Source: a virus. From it: 64,000 bases of DNA. The stretch spans positions 32,001-96,000 of IMG/VR virus record IMGVR_UViG_3300037755_001279; one strand, written 5' to 3'. Each line of letters opens with the position of its first letter. The stretch's first letter is position 1. Positions 54,299 through 63,760 of the stretch are shown piece by piece. Position numbers and translations under genes: made by a program. Below the pieces are notes generated by a model. That model saw only the letters and a list, made by a program, of their open reading frames with translations. It was not told the DNA's origin and searched no databases.

Positions 54299-55231
54299 AT
54301 GAGCACGTACGACGTCATCTGGTACTGGCGTGGCCCTGGCCAGCTCAAGGAGCGGCCGCGCATCGAAGGTCTGACAGCGCGCGTTGCCGCCCGCGCTGCT
54401 GTTCGTGCGGTGCGTGACGGGGGTGACGCCGCGTTCGTCGTGCCTGCCGGCGCTAGCATCGCGAACCCCGCGATGCACTGCAAGGTCAGCCTGCGTACAC
54501 GACGCCCGACCGCGCGCGCTCGCCGGACGTTCGTGGCCTGCACGCCAACGGCGAGCTTCAAGAAGTTGCTGCAGACCCCGCGCGCAAAGCCGAAGCGCCG
54601 GCGGAGGGCCCGCTGATGCCACGGCGTCAACGCAGCCCGATCCGCGTCGGGAATTGCTTCCCGTGGCCGTTCGAACCGCGGCGCCGCGATGAGCCCCGTA
54701 TGGTGTGCCGATGGATCTGTGACCGTGCGCCGCGCGCTGCGGAATTCGTCCAGCGCGACGACCCGCGCCGCACGGCGATCCTGCACCCATCAACGAAGCG
54801 GAAGGGTTGGCAGGTGTCATTCTTCGACCAGGACGGCGCCGTCAGCGACGTGATCCGCGCTGACTGCAGCGCGGCGCTCTACGATGCCGGCATCACACCG
54901 GGGGCGTGGCGACTGCGCGCGGTCGAGCCACGGCGGTGAGCCCGTCGGAGGGGTGTGCTATCAGCACGGAATGCCGGCCCACATCATCGTCATGTTCGCC
55001 GAGGGTGACTTCCACCGCGCGACTAGTTGCGACAGCCCCGAAGAGGCCCGCGGCTTCGTCGCCGGCTTCACCGCCGGTGCCGATGCCTACGGCGCCGGCT
55101 CAGCCGCTGCGTACATCATCCCCGAGGATCAGCACGAGATGAAGGCGCACGAATCGCCGAGCGCCATCACGACGGCGCACGCCGCCGTGCGGCGGCTCGA
55201 AGCGGCGCTTGCGGCGCCAGCGACTAGCTGA
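54299..55231 (+). other. Three small genes (54299-54616 and 54616-54939, both basic; 54971-55231)
   Basis: First and third are preceded by GTCGG-N10 promoters (54266, 54944). Confidence 0.65.
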
Positions 55232-55301
55232 TACAACCAAGCCGTCATGATCGCCCGCGCCATCGTCGACCGCCTGCAGCAACGCTGAACCTGCGTTTCG
55301 C

Positions 55302-55372
55302 TGGGGTGTGGTCTAGTGGCACGACGGCAGGCTCTGACCCTGCAGACGGTGGTTCGACTCCACCCACCCCAT
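55302..55372 (+). tRNA. tRNA-Gln(CTG)
   Basis: Acceptor TGGGGTG/CACCCCA; anticodon arm GCAGG-CTCTGAC-CCTGC; T arm GGTGG-TTCGACT-CCACC. Confidence 0.88.
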
Positions 55373-55382
55373 CTAGCCGTGC

Positions 55383-55455
55383 TGGCGCGCGGTCAGGATG
55401 GCACTGACGCCGGCCTTTGAAGCCGGAGACGCGGGTTCGAGTCCCGAGGCGCCTA
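55383..55455 (+). tRNA. tRNA-Gln(TTG), degenerate
   Basis: Anticodon arm CCGGC-CTTTGAA-GCCGG; GGTTCGAGTCCC T arm; mismatches at 1:72, 7:66 and the first T-stem pair. Confidence 0.65.
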
Positions 55456-55935
55456 CCGCCGTTTGCCGGTCATTTGTTCAACGCGACGCCGGCTGTCCGC
55501 CTGGTTCACCCGCCGCGCTTCGGCCGCGGTCATCAAACGGAAGTCCGCGTTCGGCGCGTCGCGCCGAAACACCGCGAGCCATTCAGCTGCCGTGTCGTCG
55601 GTGACGTCACGCTCGTGCACCCACCGCGGGCTGGCCGGGTTGGTGTCGTAGCGCCAAAGCCCGCGCGTCGCTGACACGCCCCCTTGTAACACACGAGACC
55701 GACGCCGGCGCCGAACCCCCGCCAACCCGCTCGTGCACCGTTTCGCCGAGCACTTCACCAACACCTCGGGCTCACGTCCACCGCACACCTGCGTCACCGT
55801 CGCCGCCGGATGCCCGATGCCGCGGGCGGCGCGCTCGGCTGCGCGCTGCGCCGTCACCAGGCCCTTGCGCGTGGCCGCGAACGTGTCGATGTCGCGGCCG
55901 CGGACGGCGAGGACGAGCTTGCAGGATTTGGTCAC
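55453..55935 (-). CDS. Two-module protein with LAG-VRRRRRSR-VLQG linker
   Basis: GTG 55935 after GAGG; internal Arg-rich linker. Confidence 0.65.
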   Translation of the reverse strand: MTKSCKLVLAVRGRDIDTFAATRKGLVTAQRAAERAARGIGHPAATVTQVCGGREPEVLVKCSAKRCTSGLAGVRRRRRSRVLQGGVSATRGLWRYDTNPASPRWVHERDVTDDTAAEWLAVFRRDAPNADFRLMTAAEARRVNQADSRRRVEQMTGKRR

Positions 55936-55942
55936 GGGGCCC

Positions 55943-56200
55943 TCAGCACCGCACCTTCCAGCCGACGTGCAGCGGGCTCTGCCAGTGCTTTTCCGCTTCG
56001 GCGCGCGTTGCGAGCCGTGCGCGCTGCGCCGAGCCGCCGGCACCACGCATGAGCTTCTTGCCCCGACCGCCGCCCGGCTGCACGTGGACGGTGCCGGTCC
56101 GCGTGTCCGTGAACGCGTAGAGCGTCCGTGAATCGCCGCCGACCCAGCCACGGCGCGCGCTGTACTGCGGCAGCGGCGCCTTGCGGATGCACTTTGCCAT
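55943..56200 (-). CDS. Small basic protein
   Basis: ATG 7 nt after TAGGCT. Confidence 0.65.
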   Translation of the reverse strand: MAKCIRKAPLPQYSARRGWVGGDSRTLYAFTDTRTGTVHVQPGGGRGKKLMRGAGGSAQRARLATRAEAEKHWQSPLHVGWKVRC

Positions 56201-56218
56201 GGTCGGTAGCCTACACCA

Positions 56219-56617
56219 TCACCGTTGCCGGCGTCGACGCCCACGGCCCAGGTCAGGCTGACGCCGCTCGCAGACCTGCACCGCGTGCTGCAACTTGAGG
56301 ATCGCCCGGCGCTGCGTCGCCGTCAGCGCGCGACCACGCGCCATCTGCTGCACGATGTACTTGGCGTCATCGCAGTCTTTGCGACGAAACGCCAGGCGGA
56401 GGTCACGCAGCTGCCAGCCGAAGTCGTTTTTCGGGTGCCCCGCGATGCCGGCGGGGACTACTCGAACGCTGATGCGGGAAGGATCGACCTTGGACAGACG
56501 GTCAGCGACCTTTTGTGCGTCATCCATGTTGGTGAAGACTCGGTCGTCTCCATCGGCATCGGTGATGAAATCGGTGCGGCCGGTGGTGTGCCGTTTCTGG
56601 AGCTTGAACCCTGCCAC
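56219..56617 (-). CDS. Two-module protein ending DLG-RGRRRRQR
   Basis: Second module AFRRKDC...LKLQHAVQVC matches the N-terminus of 1415-2476. Confidence 0.7.
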   Translation of the reverse strand: MAGFKLQKRHTTGRTDFITDADGDDRVFTNMDDAQKVADRLSKVDPSRISVRVVPAGIAGHPKNDFGWQLRDLRLAFRRKDCDDAKYIVQQMARGRALTATQRRAILKLQHAVQVCERRQPDLGRGRRRRQR

Positions 56618-56639
56618 GGTGCCCTCATTTCGGTAGGCA

Positions 56640-56894
56640 TCAGCGCCTTCGCCTCTTGCCGCATCCGCCAAATTCCTTAGCGTCGATTGCCGCGATCAGT
56701 TGACGATCGATGGCCTGTAGATCTCGTAAGCCATGCTTACGTAGATCTCGATCCAACCTCTTCCCGCCAGTGGCGATTTGAACCTGGATGAGTGCTTGCC
56801 GCCGACGAAGATCCTTGAGTGGCTTCTTCGCCAGCGCACAGACAACCTGCTGCACTTGAGCAGGCGTCATCCTTGATGGACGCGGCAAGCCCAT
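56640..56894 (-). CDS. Small basic protein ending FGG-CGKRRRR
   Basis: Start overlaps the upstream stop. Confidence 0.6.
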   Translation of the reverse strand: MGLPRPSRMTPAQVQQVVCALAKKPLKDLRRRQALIQVQIATGGKRLDRDLRKHGLRDLQAIDRQLIAAIDAKEFGGCGKRRRR

Positions 56895-57046
56895 CAGCGC
56901 CGCCGGCGGGCGCGCTTCACGCCCTGCAGTGGCCCACAGGCCTTCAGGTAGTTGGCCAGCGCAGCCGGGCCGCGGTCATGCGCCCGTGCGGCAGCCTTGC
57001 GGCTGCAACGATTCGGACGGGAACGTGTACGTCGGCGCCATCCCAT
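56894..57046 (-). CDS. 50-aa protamine-like protein (not in ORF track)
   Basis: MGWRRRTRSRPNRCSRKAAARAHDRGPAALANYLKACGPLQGVKRARRRR; ATG 6 nt after TGaTAGGCT. Confidence 0.7.
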   Translation of the reverse strand: MGWRRRTRSRPNRCSRKAAARAHDRGPAALANYLKACGPLQGVKRARRRR

Positions 57047-57189
57047 GGTGGCAGCCTATCACGGCGGCGCCGCGGTCGGCTAGCGCCGACGACGCTTGCG
57101 GCGACCCGCCAGCTGGCCATCGGTCAGCTTGCAGCGCTTCAACACCAGCACCGTGCCCGGCGCCGTGATGGCTCTGGGCAGCGCCAGGC

Positions 57190-57498
57190 CTAGCCCTCGA
57201 TGTTGCGCTTGGCCAGCCAAAGACCGGCCGCGACACCGGCAATGGCTCCGACGACCTTGGCGACGCCGCTGAAGCTCGGCAGCAGCGGCGCGCCCAGGGC
57301 ACCTGACAGCCCGGGGGCGGTCATGTAGCCGGCCGGGCTGCCGGTCATCTGGAATTCATCCCCGAAGGGGATGGGACTCCAGCCGAACGCGCTGAACCCG
57401 CCACCGCCCGACGGGAAGGTCGGGAAATAGCGGATCTTTTGGTTCGGGTTGTTGGGCGCCGAGTGATGGTCCTGGCGCCACCGGGTGGCGGACACCAT
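57190..57498 (-). CDS. Small membrane protein with LSG/LG motifs
   Basis: GLSGALGAP, then TM VVGAIAGVAAGLWLA and KR. Confidence 0.7.
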   Translation of the reverse strand: MVSATRWRQDHHSAPNNPNQKIRYFPTFPSGGGGFSAFGWSPIPFGDEFQMTGSPAGYMTAPGLSGALGAPLLPSFSGVAKVVGAIAGVAAGLWLAKRNIEG

Positions 57499-57519
57499 GG
57501 TGGGTGGGTCCTTCCCGGC

Positions 57520-57651
57520 TCAGCGCCGGCCGCGGCGGCGGATGCACTTGCCGCGCTTGCCCATCTTCCAGCCGGCGCCGCACGAGGCGGAGCCCAGGCC
57601 ACGACGGCGACGACGGCGACGAGAACGACCCAGGAGATTGATGCTTGCCAT
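57520..57651 (-). CDS. 43-aa protamine-like protein (not in ORF track)
   Basis: MASINLLGRSRRRRRRRGLGSASCGAGWKMGKRGKCIRRRGRR. Confidence 0.7.
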   Translation of the reverse strand: MASINLLGRSRRRRRRRGLGSASCGAGWKMGKRGKCIRRRGRR

Positions 57652-57683
57652 GGTTTCGAGGATCGCACACGCGATCCTGGTCG

Positions 57684-60112
57684 TCAAGACCTACGCAACG
57701 CCTTGAGGGCCGCCAACCCGCGGTACGCTTTTGGGCCACGGGGGTGGTCCCACGCTGACCCAAGCCGTTCAGGGATGTGATGTCCACGAAGCCATGCACA
57801 CACGGCGTGCCAACAACGTCGGTGCCAATGGTGCAGGACATTTGCCGCGTCGCGGTTGTGCACCGTGAGCCTGCCGGTAGTCTTGCCGCAACGACTGCAC
57901 GCCGATTTTTGCTTCACAACGCCCCGCCGTCGTCCGCCCACACGGCGAGCTGCGCCGTGAGGATATTTGCGGCGGCGCGGTAGTCATCATCGTCGCTGTG
58001 CCTAGACGCGCGCAACGGCGCCAGCCATTGATCCAACATTTCGACGCGCGGTCCAAGGATGACTGCGTTGCGGCCTGGCCGCGCAACACATGAGGCAAGT
58101 GGAGATCCTGGCACGCCGATGTTTACGATCGCCTCTTGCAGGCCGCGAACGACCATGTTGATCCCAAACTGCATGAAGTCTTCATCCAGCTGGACGTCGA
58201 ACACCATGATGACCATGGCCCGGGTAGCTACCACCTTCACGGCCGGCCCCCGGCGATCCGGACGATCTCCGCGAGCGCGGCGACGGAGACGTTGAGGTCA
58301 GACGCCTCATCGTCGGACAGCGCATCGAAGTATCGGTGCGCTGCGAACGCCGGCGTGAATGGCTCGACGACGGATAAGATGGCCTCAGCCGGCATCCCGA
58401 TGATGATCGGCCTGGGGAGCGCACCGCGTTCGGTACGCGCGACGCGATAACCAGGACCCGTAAATCCAGCTAAGTCCCGGCGTGCTGCTGTCTCGAATGC
58501 CGTGACGACGACCGCGGTGTCGTCACCGTCCGTCAGCGTAATGTCGATCTCGACAAACACGACGGCCTTCAAACGTTTGCGCGGTGGCAGGTTCACTTCC
58601 GCGCCGCCTCAGCTTGCGTGTAACAGCAGCTGTCGCGCACGCTGGTACAGATCCGGGCAATCTCCGCTGCAGCTGCGCACGCAATGTTGAGGGCCGCGCG
58701 GCAGTCAGCGCACCGGTAGTCAGGCCAAGGTAGGTGTCCGGATCCTGGCCTGACTGTACTCGTTGTGGCGTGGATACCGATGAGCTGCAACGCTGTATCG
58801 GCGTCCGCCGCTGCGAACAGATCCAGCAGTTGCTGCGCGGGTGCGCCGATCAGCACGGGGCGTGGGGTTGCCTGGGGATCGTGCATTTGCACCATGTCGA
58901 CGTGCCAACGACCTTCATGATGGCTAGACCCCGTGATACCACGGCCCACCTTCTGCGATACATCGTACAACATGTGGAGCAAGACGTGCGGGTCATCAAC
59001 CTCAAGCTCGACCGGCACCAACACAACGGCCTTGTACTTCACGCGCCGTGATCCTGCAGGGGCAGCTCGCAGCGCGCACAGTCATGGTGCCGACAGTTGA
59101 CGCAATCACCGTCGTCGCAGACGAAGTTGTGATGCAGCCGGCCGTTGCTCCGAAGTTCGTTGAACGCAGCGGTGATGACGCTGAGCGGCGGCGGTGGCGT
59201 GTCTACGACAACAACGTGCGCTGGGTGTTCACGCAATGGTCGGTTGCAGCGTTCACACATGTGATCCTGACAGATGGCGCACCAGTCGGAGGTGCACAAC
59301 CAGCCGGCGCAGGTGGGTCTGCGGTAGGGCCCCGCATGGGGCGCGGTGCCGGATCCATTTTCCGGCCCGCGCGCTGCGTCCGCAGCGAGCTGGCTCCGTT
59401 CGCGGCGCAGCCCAGCGTTCCAGATAACCTGGACCACGATTGCAAAAGCAACCGCGCCGCCGGCGCCGATCACGACCAACCGCGGCTCGGCGCCACCCAA
59501 CAGCATCAGACCGATGAAGAAGAACATGGCGACGTATGCCATGGCTTCGCCAAACAAGGACTTGCGACCCACGGTTCAATCCTCCCCGGAAAACTCGGCG
59601 ATGGCTTCCAGCTCGTCCAAACCTACCAGCACTGGCGCTGGCGCCCGGCGCACCACCCGTGCCGTGCCGCTGATCGGAAACGCGCCGACCGTGGCGTCGT
59701 GCTTGAACTGCAATTCCAGGCCGCTGTCCTCGACGATCAAGAACACCGGCATGTCCGCGGTGACGATCACGTAGAGGCCACCGTTGACGTAGTCATGGGC
59801 GACACGCGGCCGACCGCTGGCAAGCCGCGGCGGCGTGGCCAGTTCATTCGGCGATGCAGGCGCTGCGATCTCAGGGAGGACGTCAACCTTCGCATCGTCA
59901 TCGTCGGCGCGTGGATTTCCACCCAAGGCTGCGGCCGCGCTCATGGCGCGCGTATACTTCCCAGGTTGACCGCCGGTTCCCACGGTCACGTCAGCCTCGG
60001 CCTGCACGAGATCCGCGTCGATCTTTAGCTTGGTCATCGCCGCCCCCCGATGTACGGCCACGGAAACCGTGGCGGCCATGCGCCCCAACGGCGCCGCCAA
60101 AGCAGCCGGCAC
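57684..60112 (-). other. Run of coupled hypothetical genes
   Basis: 57684-57941, 57914-58240, 58237-58596, 58593-59042, 59039-59572 (two TM helices plus Cys/His clusters), 59576-60112. Confidence 0.65.
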
Positions 60113-60170
60113 CCGAGGTCAAACAAGACCAGGCCGACAGCACCGCCGCCCAGGAACATCACGGCTAGCA

Positions 60171-61148
60171 TCACGCCCCACCCCCTGCGCCGCGCTTACT
60201 GCTGGCCCAATCCGGCGACGGCAGATACTGCTTGCGGCCCGTCTCCGCTTCGAGCCGCGCGGCGAAGATGCCCTTGACGCGCACGTAGCAAGGCGACCGG
60301 TCGCTGATGCGCATCTGCCGGCCCACCAGCCAAGCCAGGTACTGCGGGTCGGCCGACAACGCCATGAGGAGCGTACCGAACTGCTCCTTGGTCAGCTTGG
60401 TCGTCTTCGACGAGTACGGCGTGATGACGAGCCGACGGTACAGCCACATGCAGATGGTCAGGTTGAGCGCCAGCCACAAGCGGCTGTACTCGGGGTCGCG
60501 CCCCCACGCATTGATGGCCAGCTCGAAAAAGTCGATCATGACATCGGCCTCATCGAGGGTGAGTCGGTTGGCCGCTTCGACGGCGTTGACCGCAGCGCTC
60601 GTCGGCACTTCGGGCGTCGCGCCGACCCAGCAGCGCAGCGCCGCGCTCATGGAGATCATCGGCGACTTCGGATTGCGGCGCAGCTGATCGTAGCCGATGA
60701 ACGAACAGCGCTTCCGCAGCTTGAGCAGCGCCGCCGATCCGGATTCCAGTGCGCGAAGTACGTCGTCCGGCTTCATCTGCACCAACCGGCTGTTCAGCTT
60801 CCAGAATTCCTCGGCCATCTCGGCCATCGACGCGTAGTGCGCGATGCGCACGTCGACGTAGCCGGTCAAGCACTCGCTGATCAGGAATGCCTCGCGCCGA
60901 TGCTGCCCATCGAGCAAGTACACGACCTTGTCGAGCACACCGAGGGTCAAGATGCCCGGGATGACACCGTCGTCCGCCTTGATGTCGACGGCGACCTGAC
61001 GCACCTTGTCGTTGACCTTCAGCGGGCGCTGAAAGGGCGGCGACTTCCAGGCCGTGACGCTGTCGGGTGTGACCTCCCAGCAATCCGTGGTCGTCCGTGT
61101 GGTTCGCTGCGCTTCGGTGGCCGGTTTGACGATGCGAAGGTTGGTCAT
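60171..61148 (-). CDS. ParB/Srx-like DGQHR-domain protein
   Basis: PFQRPL...IPGILTLG....YLLDGQHRREA...EEFWKLN. Confidence 0.8.
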   Translation of the reverse strand: MTNLRIVKPATEAQRTTRTTTDCWEVTPDSVTAWKSPPFQRPLKVNDKVRQVAVDIKADDGVIPGILTLGVLDKVVYLLDGQHRREAFLISECLTGYVDVRIAHYASMAEMAEEFWKLNSRLVQMKPDDVLRALESGSAALLKLRKRCSFIGYDQLRRNPKSPMISMSAALRCWVGATPEVPTSAAVNAVEAANRLTLDEADVMIDFFELAINAWGRDPEYSRLWLALNLTICMWLYRRLVITPYSSKTTKLTKEQFGTLLMALSADPQYLAWLVGRQMRISDRSPCYVRVKGIFAARLEAETGRKQYLPSPDWASSKRGAGGGA

Positions 61149-61815
61149 TCGAGGTTGTCCTTGATCCGCTTGATCGCGTGCCGGATGGCGAGTCCGTGGT
61201 CCTCAGCGTAACAAAACGTCAGGCACACCACAGAAGACCCACCAGCGCTTTGCGGACCACGACCAGGCAACAATACAGCAGGCGCCGACACGTCGATGAT
61301 CTCGACCGCGCCACGCACGTGCTTTTCTCCGAGCGCCGTGAAACCTTCGGCCCGCGCTGTCCGCTGCCACACCGCCAACTTACCCCCCGACGCAGCGCAA
61401 CGCGTGTCGCTGGCATCCTTGTGCGACCAAAGGTCGCGCGCCGGCAAGCGAATCCAGGTCGGCCGACCGCACCGCGGACAGTTGACCCGTTCCTTCTTGG
61501 GAGCCGCTGACGTCACGGCGCTTCGGGTGGCGGGCAAGGAATACTCACCATCGCGACGTTGATCTCAGGGAAGACACCGATGATCACACAGGCGCCTGCG
61601 ACACGGTGCAAGGTCAAGCGAGACTGCCGCCATGCGTAGTCGGTTGGCGTTGAAGCCGTCTCGTAGTCCCCTTCGTTTTTCTTCTTGCAGCCTGTGAACC
61701 CGGTAACCGCGTACACGGCAAGCACGAACACCAGGATCAGGCCCATCCAGCTCAGCACAGCCCGTTTGTTCATTTCGCATATGAGACTAGGTCGGCCGAC
61801 GCCGCATGTCAAGCC

Positions 61816-62238
61816 CTACCGCGGCGCGTCCTTGGCCAGGTTCCGTAGAAACGCCTTCACCGTCGGAAAGAACAGGTACAGGCTTGGGACACAAGCCAGT
61901 CGCTCGACGGCGTACAGCGGGTCAACCCATAGGAGATCCGTGTGCTCGACGGCCTCGGGAACCTGCGCGCCAATCACTACGTGGAACAGCGAGATCACCA
62001 CCTGGCTCTCCAGATCGAACGTCACCCGGGCGATGCGCCGCCGAACCGACGGCGTGATCTTCAGCTCTTCCATCCACTCGCGGGCTAGGGCAGTCTCATC
62101 GCCCTCGGCACGTTCGACCTTGCCGCCCGGGTACTCGTACATATCGGGTCGCTTTTTGTCCGGCGGCCGCTTGGCGACGAGGACATGGTTGTTGTGATCG
62201 ACGGCGAGACCAGCGACGACGCGGATACGATCGGTCAT
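61816..62238 (-). CDS. NUDIX hydrolase (MutT-like)
   Basis: YEYPGGKVERAEGDETALAREWMEEL Nudix box. Confidence 0.9.
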   Translation of the reverse strand: MTDRIRVVAGLAVDHNNHVLVAKRPPDKKRPDMYEYPGGKVERAEGDETALAREWMEELKITPSVRRRIARVTFDLESQVVISLFHVVIGAQVPEAVEHTDLLWVDPLYAVERLACVPSLYLFFPTVKAFLRNLAKDAPR

Positions 62239-62611
62239 TTGGAATCTTTCTCCATCAACGCGGTCACCGCACGAATGATGGCGATGGTCACCGGTGATCC
62301 ATTTCGCTGCGGCGATGTCTCCGGCTTCACGCGTCGAGGACGTTTGAGCCGTTGTTCGAGCGCGTGTGCCGCAGCGCTGGCCGGACTGCGGCCACCGACG
62401 CGTGGTCGGCCTTCACGTGCAAGTGCACGTGCTACCTGCAGCACTTTGAGTAAATCAGCCGTCGTTACCGGCTGCGGGCGCGTCTCGTAGGCTTCGATGC
62501 ACGCTAAGCAAGTGGCCTCAGCCGGCCTGCTGGTCACCGTTTTGTGTTCCACGCCGCTCACCGGTCCAGGACGGCAATACAGTCCGATGTCGTTGGCGAA
62601 TAGATGAAAAA

Positions 62612-63466
62612 TCACCCGTCACCTCCGGGCACCGCCGCCGGCGGCGGGTAGCGCGTCGCGGCCCACTGCAAGAACGCCTGGCCCTTGCGATTGATCGCCT
62701 GTTGCACTACTTCCATGACGTGCATCGGGAAATCTTGTTTGAGCATCCACTTCAGGTAGCCAGCCTGCGACGACGCCAGCTCGTGCAGCTTGGCATCCTT
62801 ATGCTTACCGAACGTCACGACAACGACGTCGCCTTCAGCGGTCCACCGAAAGTGATTGGTGTGGCCAAGCCAAAACTTCCGCTCCGGTTCGCACTTTTCG
62901 GCGATGTCGTGCCACGCCTCGCCAGACAACCCGAAGGCATCCAGCATGGCCAGGGTCACGCGGCCGGTTGCCGCGATGTCGGCGGCGGCCGTGTGCTGGT
63001 CGGCGAAGTCATCGCCGACAAACCGGCGATGCGCCGCGGCTAGGGTGCGCGGTTCGCCGAAGTGCCACAAGCGCAGTGTGTCAACGATGGCCTTGTCCTT
63101 GAGATCCGGCGGCCGAATCTTGGCGCGGATCAGCTCGGCGAAGAGCCTGTCGATGTCGAACTTGATGTTGTAGCCGATCAGCACCAGGGCGCTGTCGAGC
63201 AGCTCGGCGATGTCCTGTGCCGACGCGATGAACGGCAGCTCGTTGGCAAGATCAACCGCACTGATCCCATGGACGCGCTGCGCGCCGGGATGAATCGGTA
63301 CGCTCGGCTTGAAACGCCAGGTGCGGACGGCGGGCGGGATGTCGCCGTAGATGTCGCCGAAACCGAACTGAACGGCCAGCTCGATCACCTGCGCGTCAGC
63401 TTCAGCACCGGTCGTTTCCACGTCCAGCAACAAAACCGAGCCGTCCAACCCGTCATCGATAGGCAC
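62612..63466 (-). CDS. DnaQ-like 3'-5' exonuclease (DEDDh)
   Basis: LDVETTG, GYNIKFD, HTAAADI; C-terminal FGKHK...YLKWML module. Confidence 0.92.
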   Translation of the reverse strand: MPIDDGLDGSVLLLDVETTGAEADAQVIELAVQFGFGDIYGDIPPAVRTWRFKPSVPIHPGAQRVHGISAVDLANELPFIASAQDIAELLDSALVLIGYNIKFDIDRLFAELIRAKIRPPDLKDKAIVDTLRLWHFGEPRTLAAAHRRFVGDDFADQHTAAADIAATGRVTLAMLDAFGLSGEAWHDIAEKCEPERKFWLGHTNHFRWTAEGDVVVVTFGKHKDAKLHELASSQAGYLKWMLKQDFPMHVMEVVQQAINRKGQAFLQWAATRYPPPAAVPGGDG

Positions 63467-63505
63467 GGGTCGTTCGTACCATACAGGTCCGACGGACAGC
63501 CCCGT

Positions 63506-63760
63506 CTACAGAAAGAACCCGGTCCACAGCACGTAGTCAAAACCGCGCACGTCGATCGGCGACGTGCTGTCAAGCTGCGGGTGATCGACGAGCAACTCTG
63601 CCAGCGCCGTCAGCGCGGCCTCAACGTCATCGGTGTTGTCCGCACCGTTGACGAAACACCCGTGGGTGAGCTTCAGCCGATCCCACTGATCGCCCGTGAC
63701 GTCCATGGTGTAAAACTTCGTGGACTCCGGCACTTCTTCGTAGATGATGAGGATGCGCAC
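63506..63760 (-). CDS. Hypothetical protein
   Basis: GTG 7 nt after GTCGG-N10-TAGCTT. Confidence 0.65.
   Translation of the reverse strand: MRILIIYEEVPESTKFYTMDVTGDQWDRLKLTHGCFVNGADNTDDVEAALTALAELLVDHPQLDSTSPIDVRGFDYVLWTGFFL

Noticed and set aside
48485-55455. tRNAs as prophage attachment sites
   Set aside because: No duplicated tRNA 3' end was noticed, and viral-type genes continue on both sides.
60171-61148. Dnd phosphorothioation system
   Set aside because: Only a DGQHR domain is present; no dndA/C/D/E homologs are recognisable.
61780-61800. GTCGGCCGAC palindrome as another GTCGG-N10 promoter
   Set aside because: No TA-starting hexamer at the required 10-nt spacing on the coding strand.
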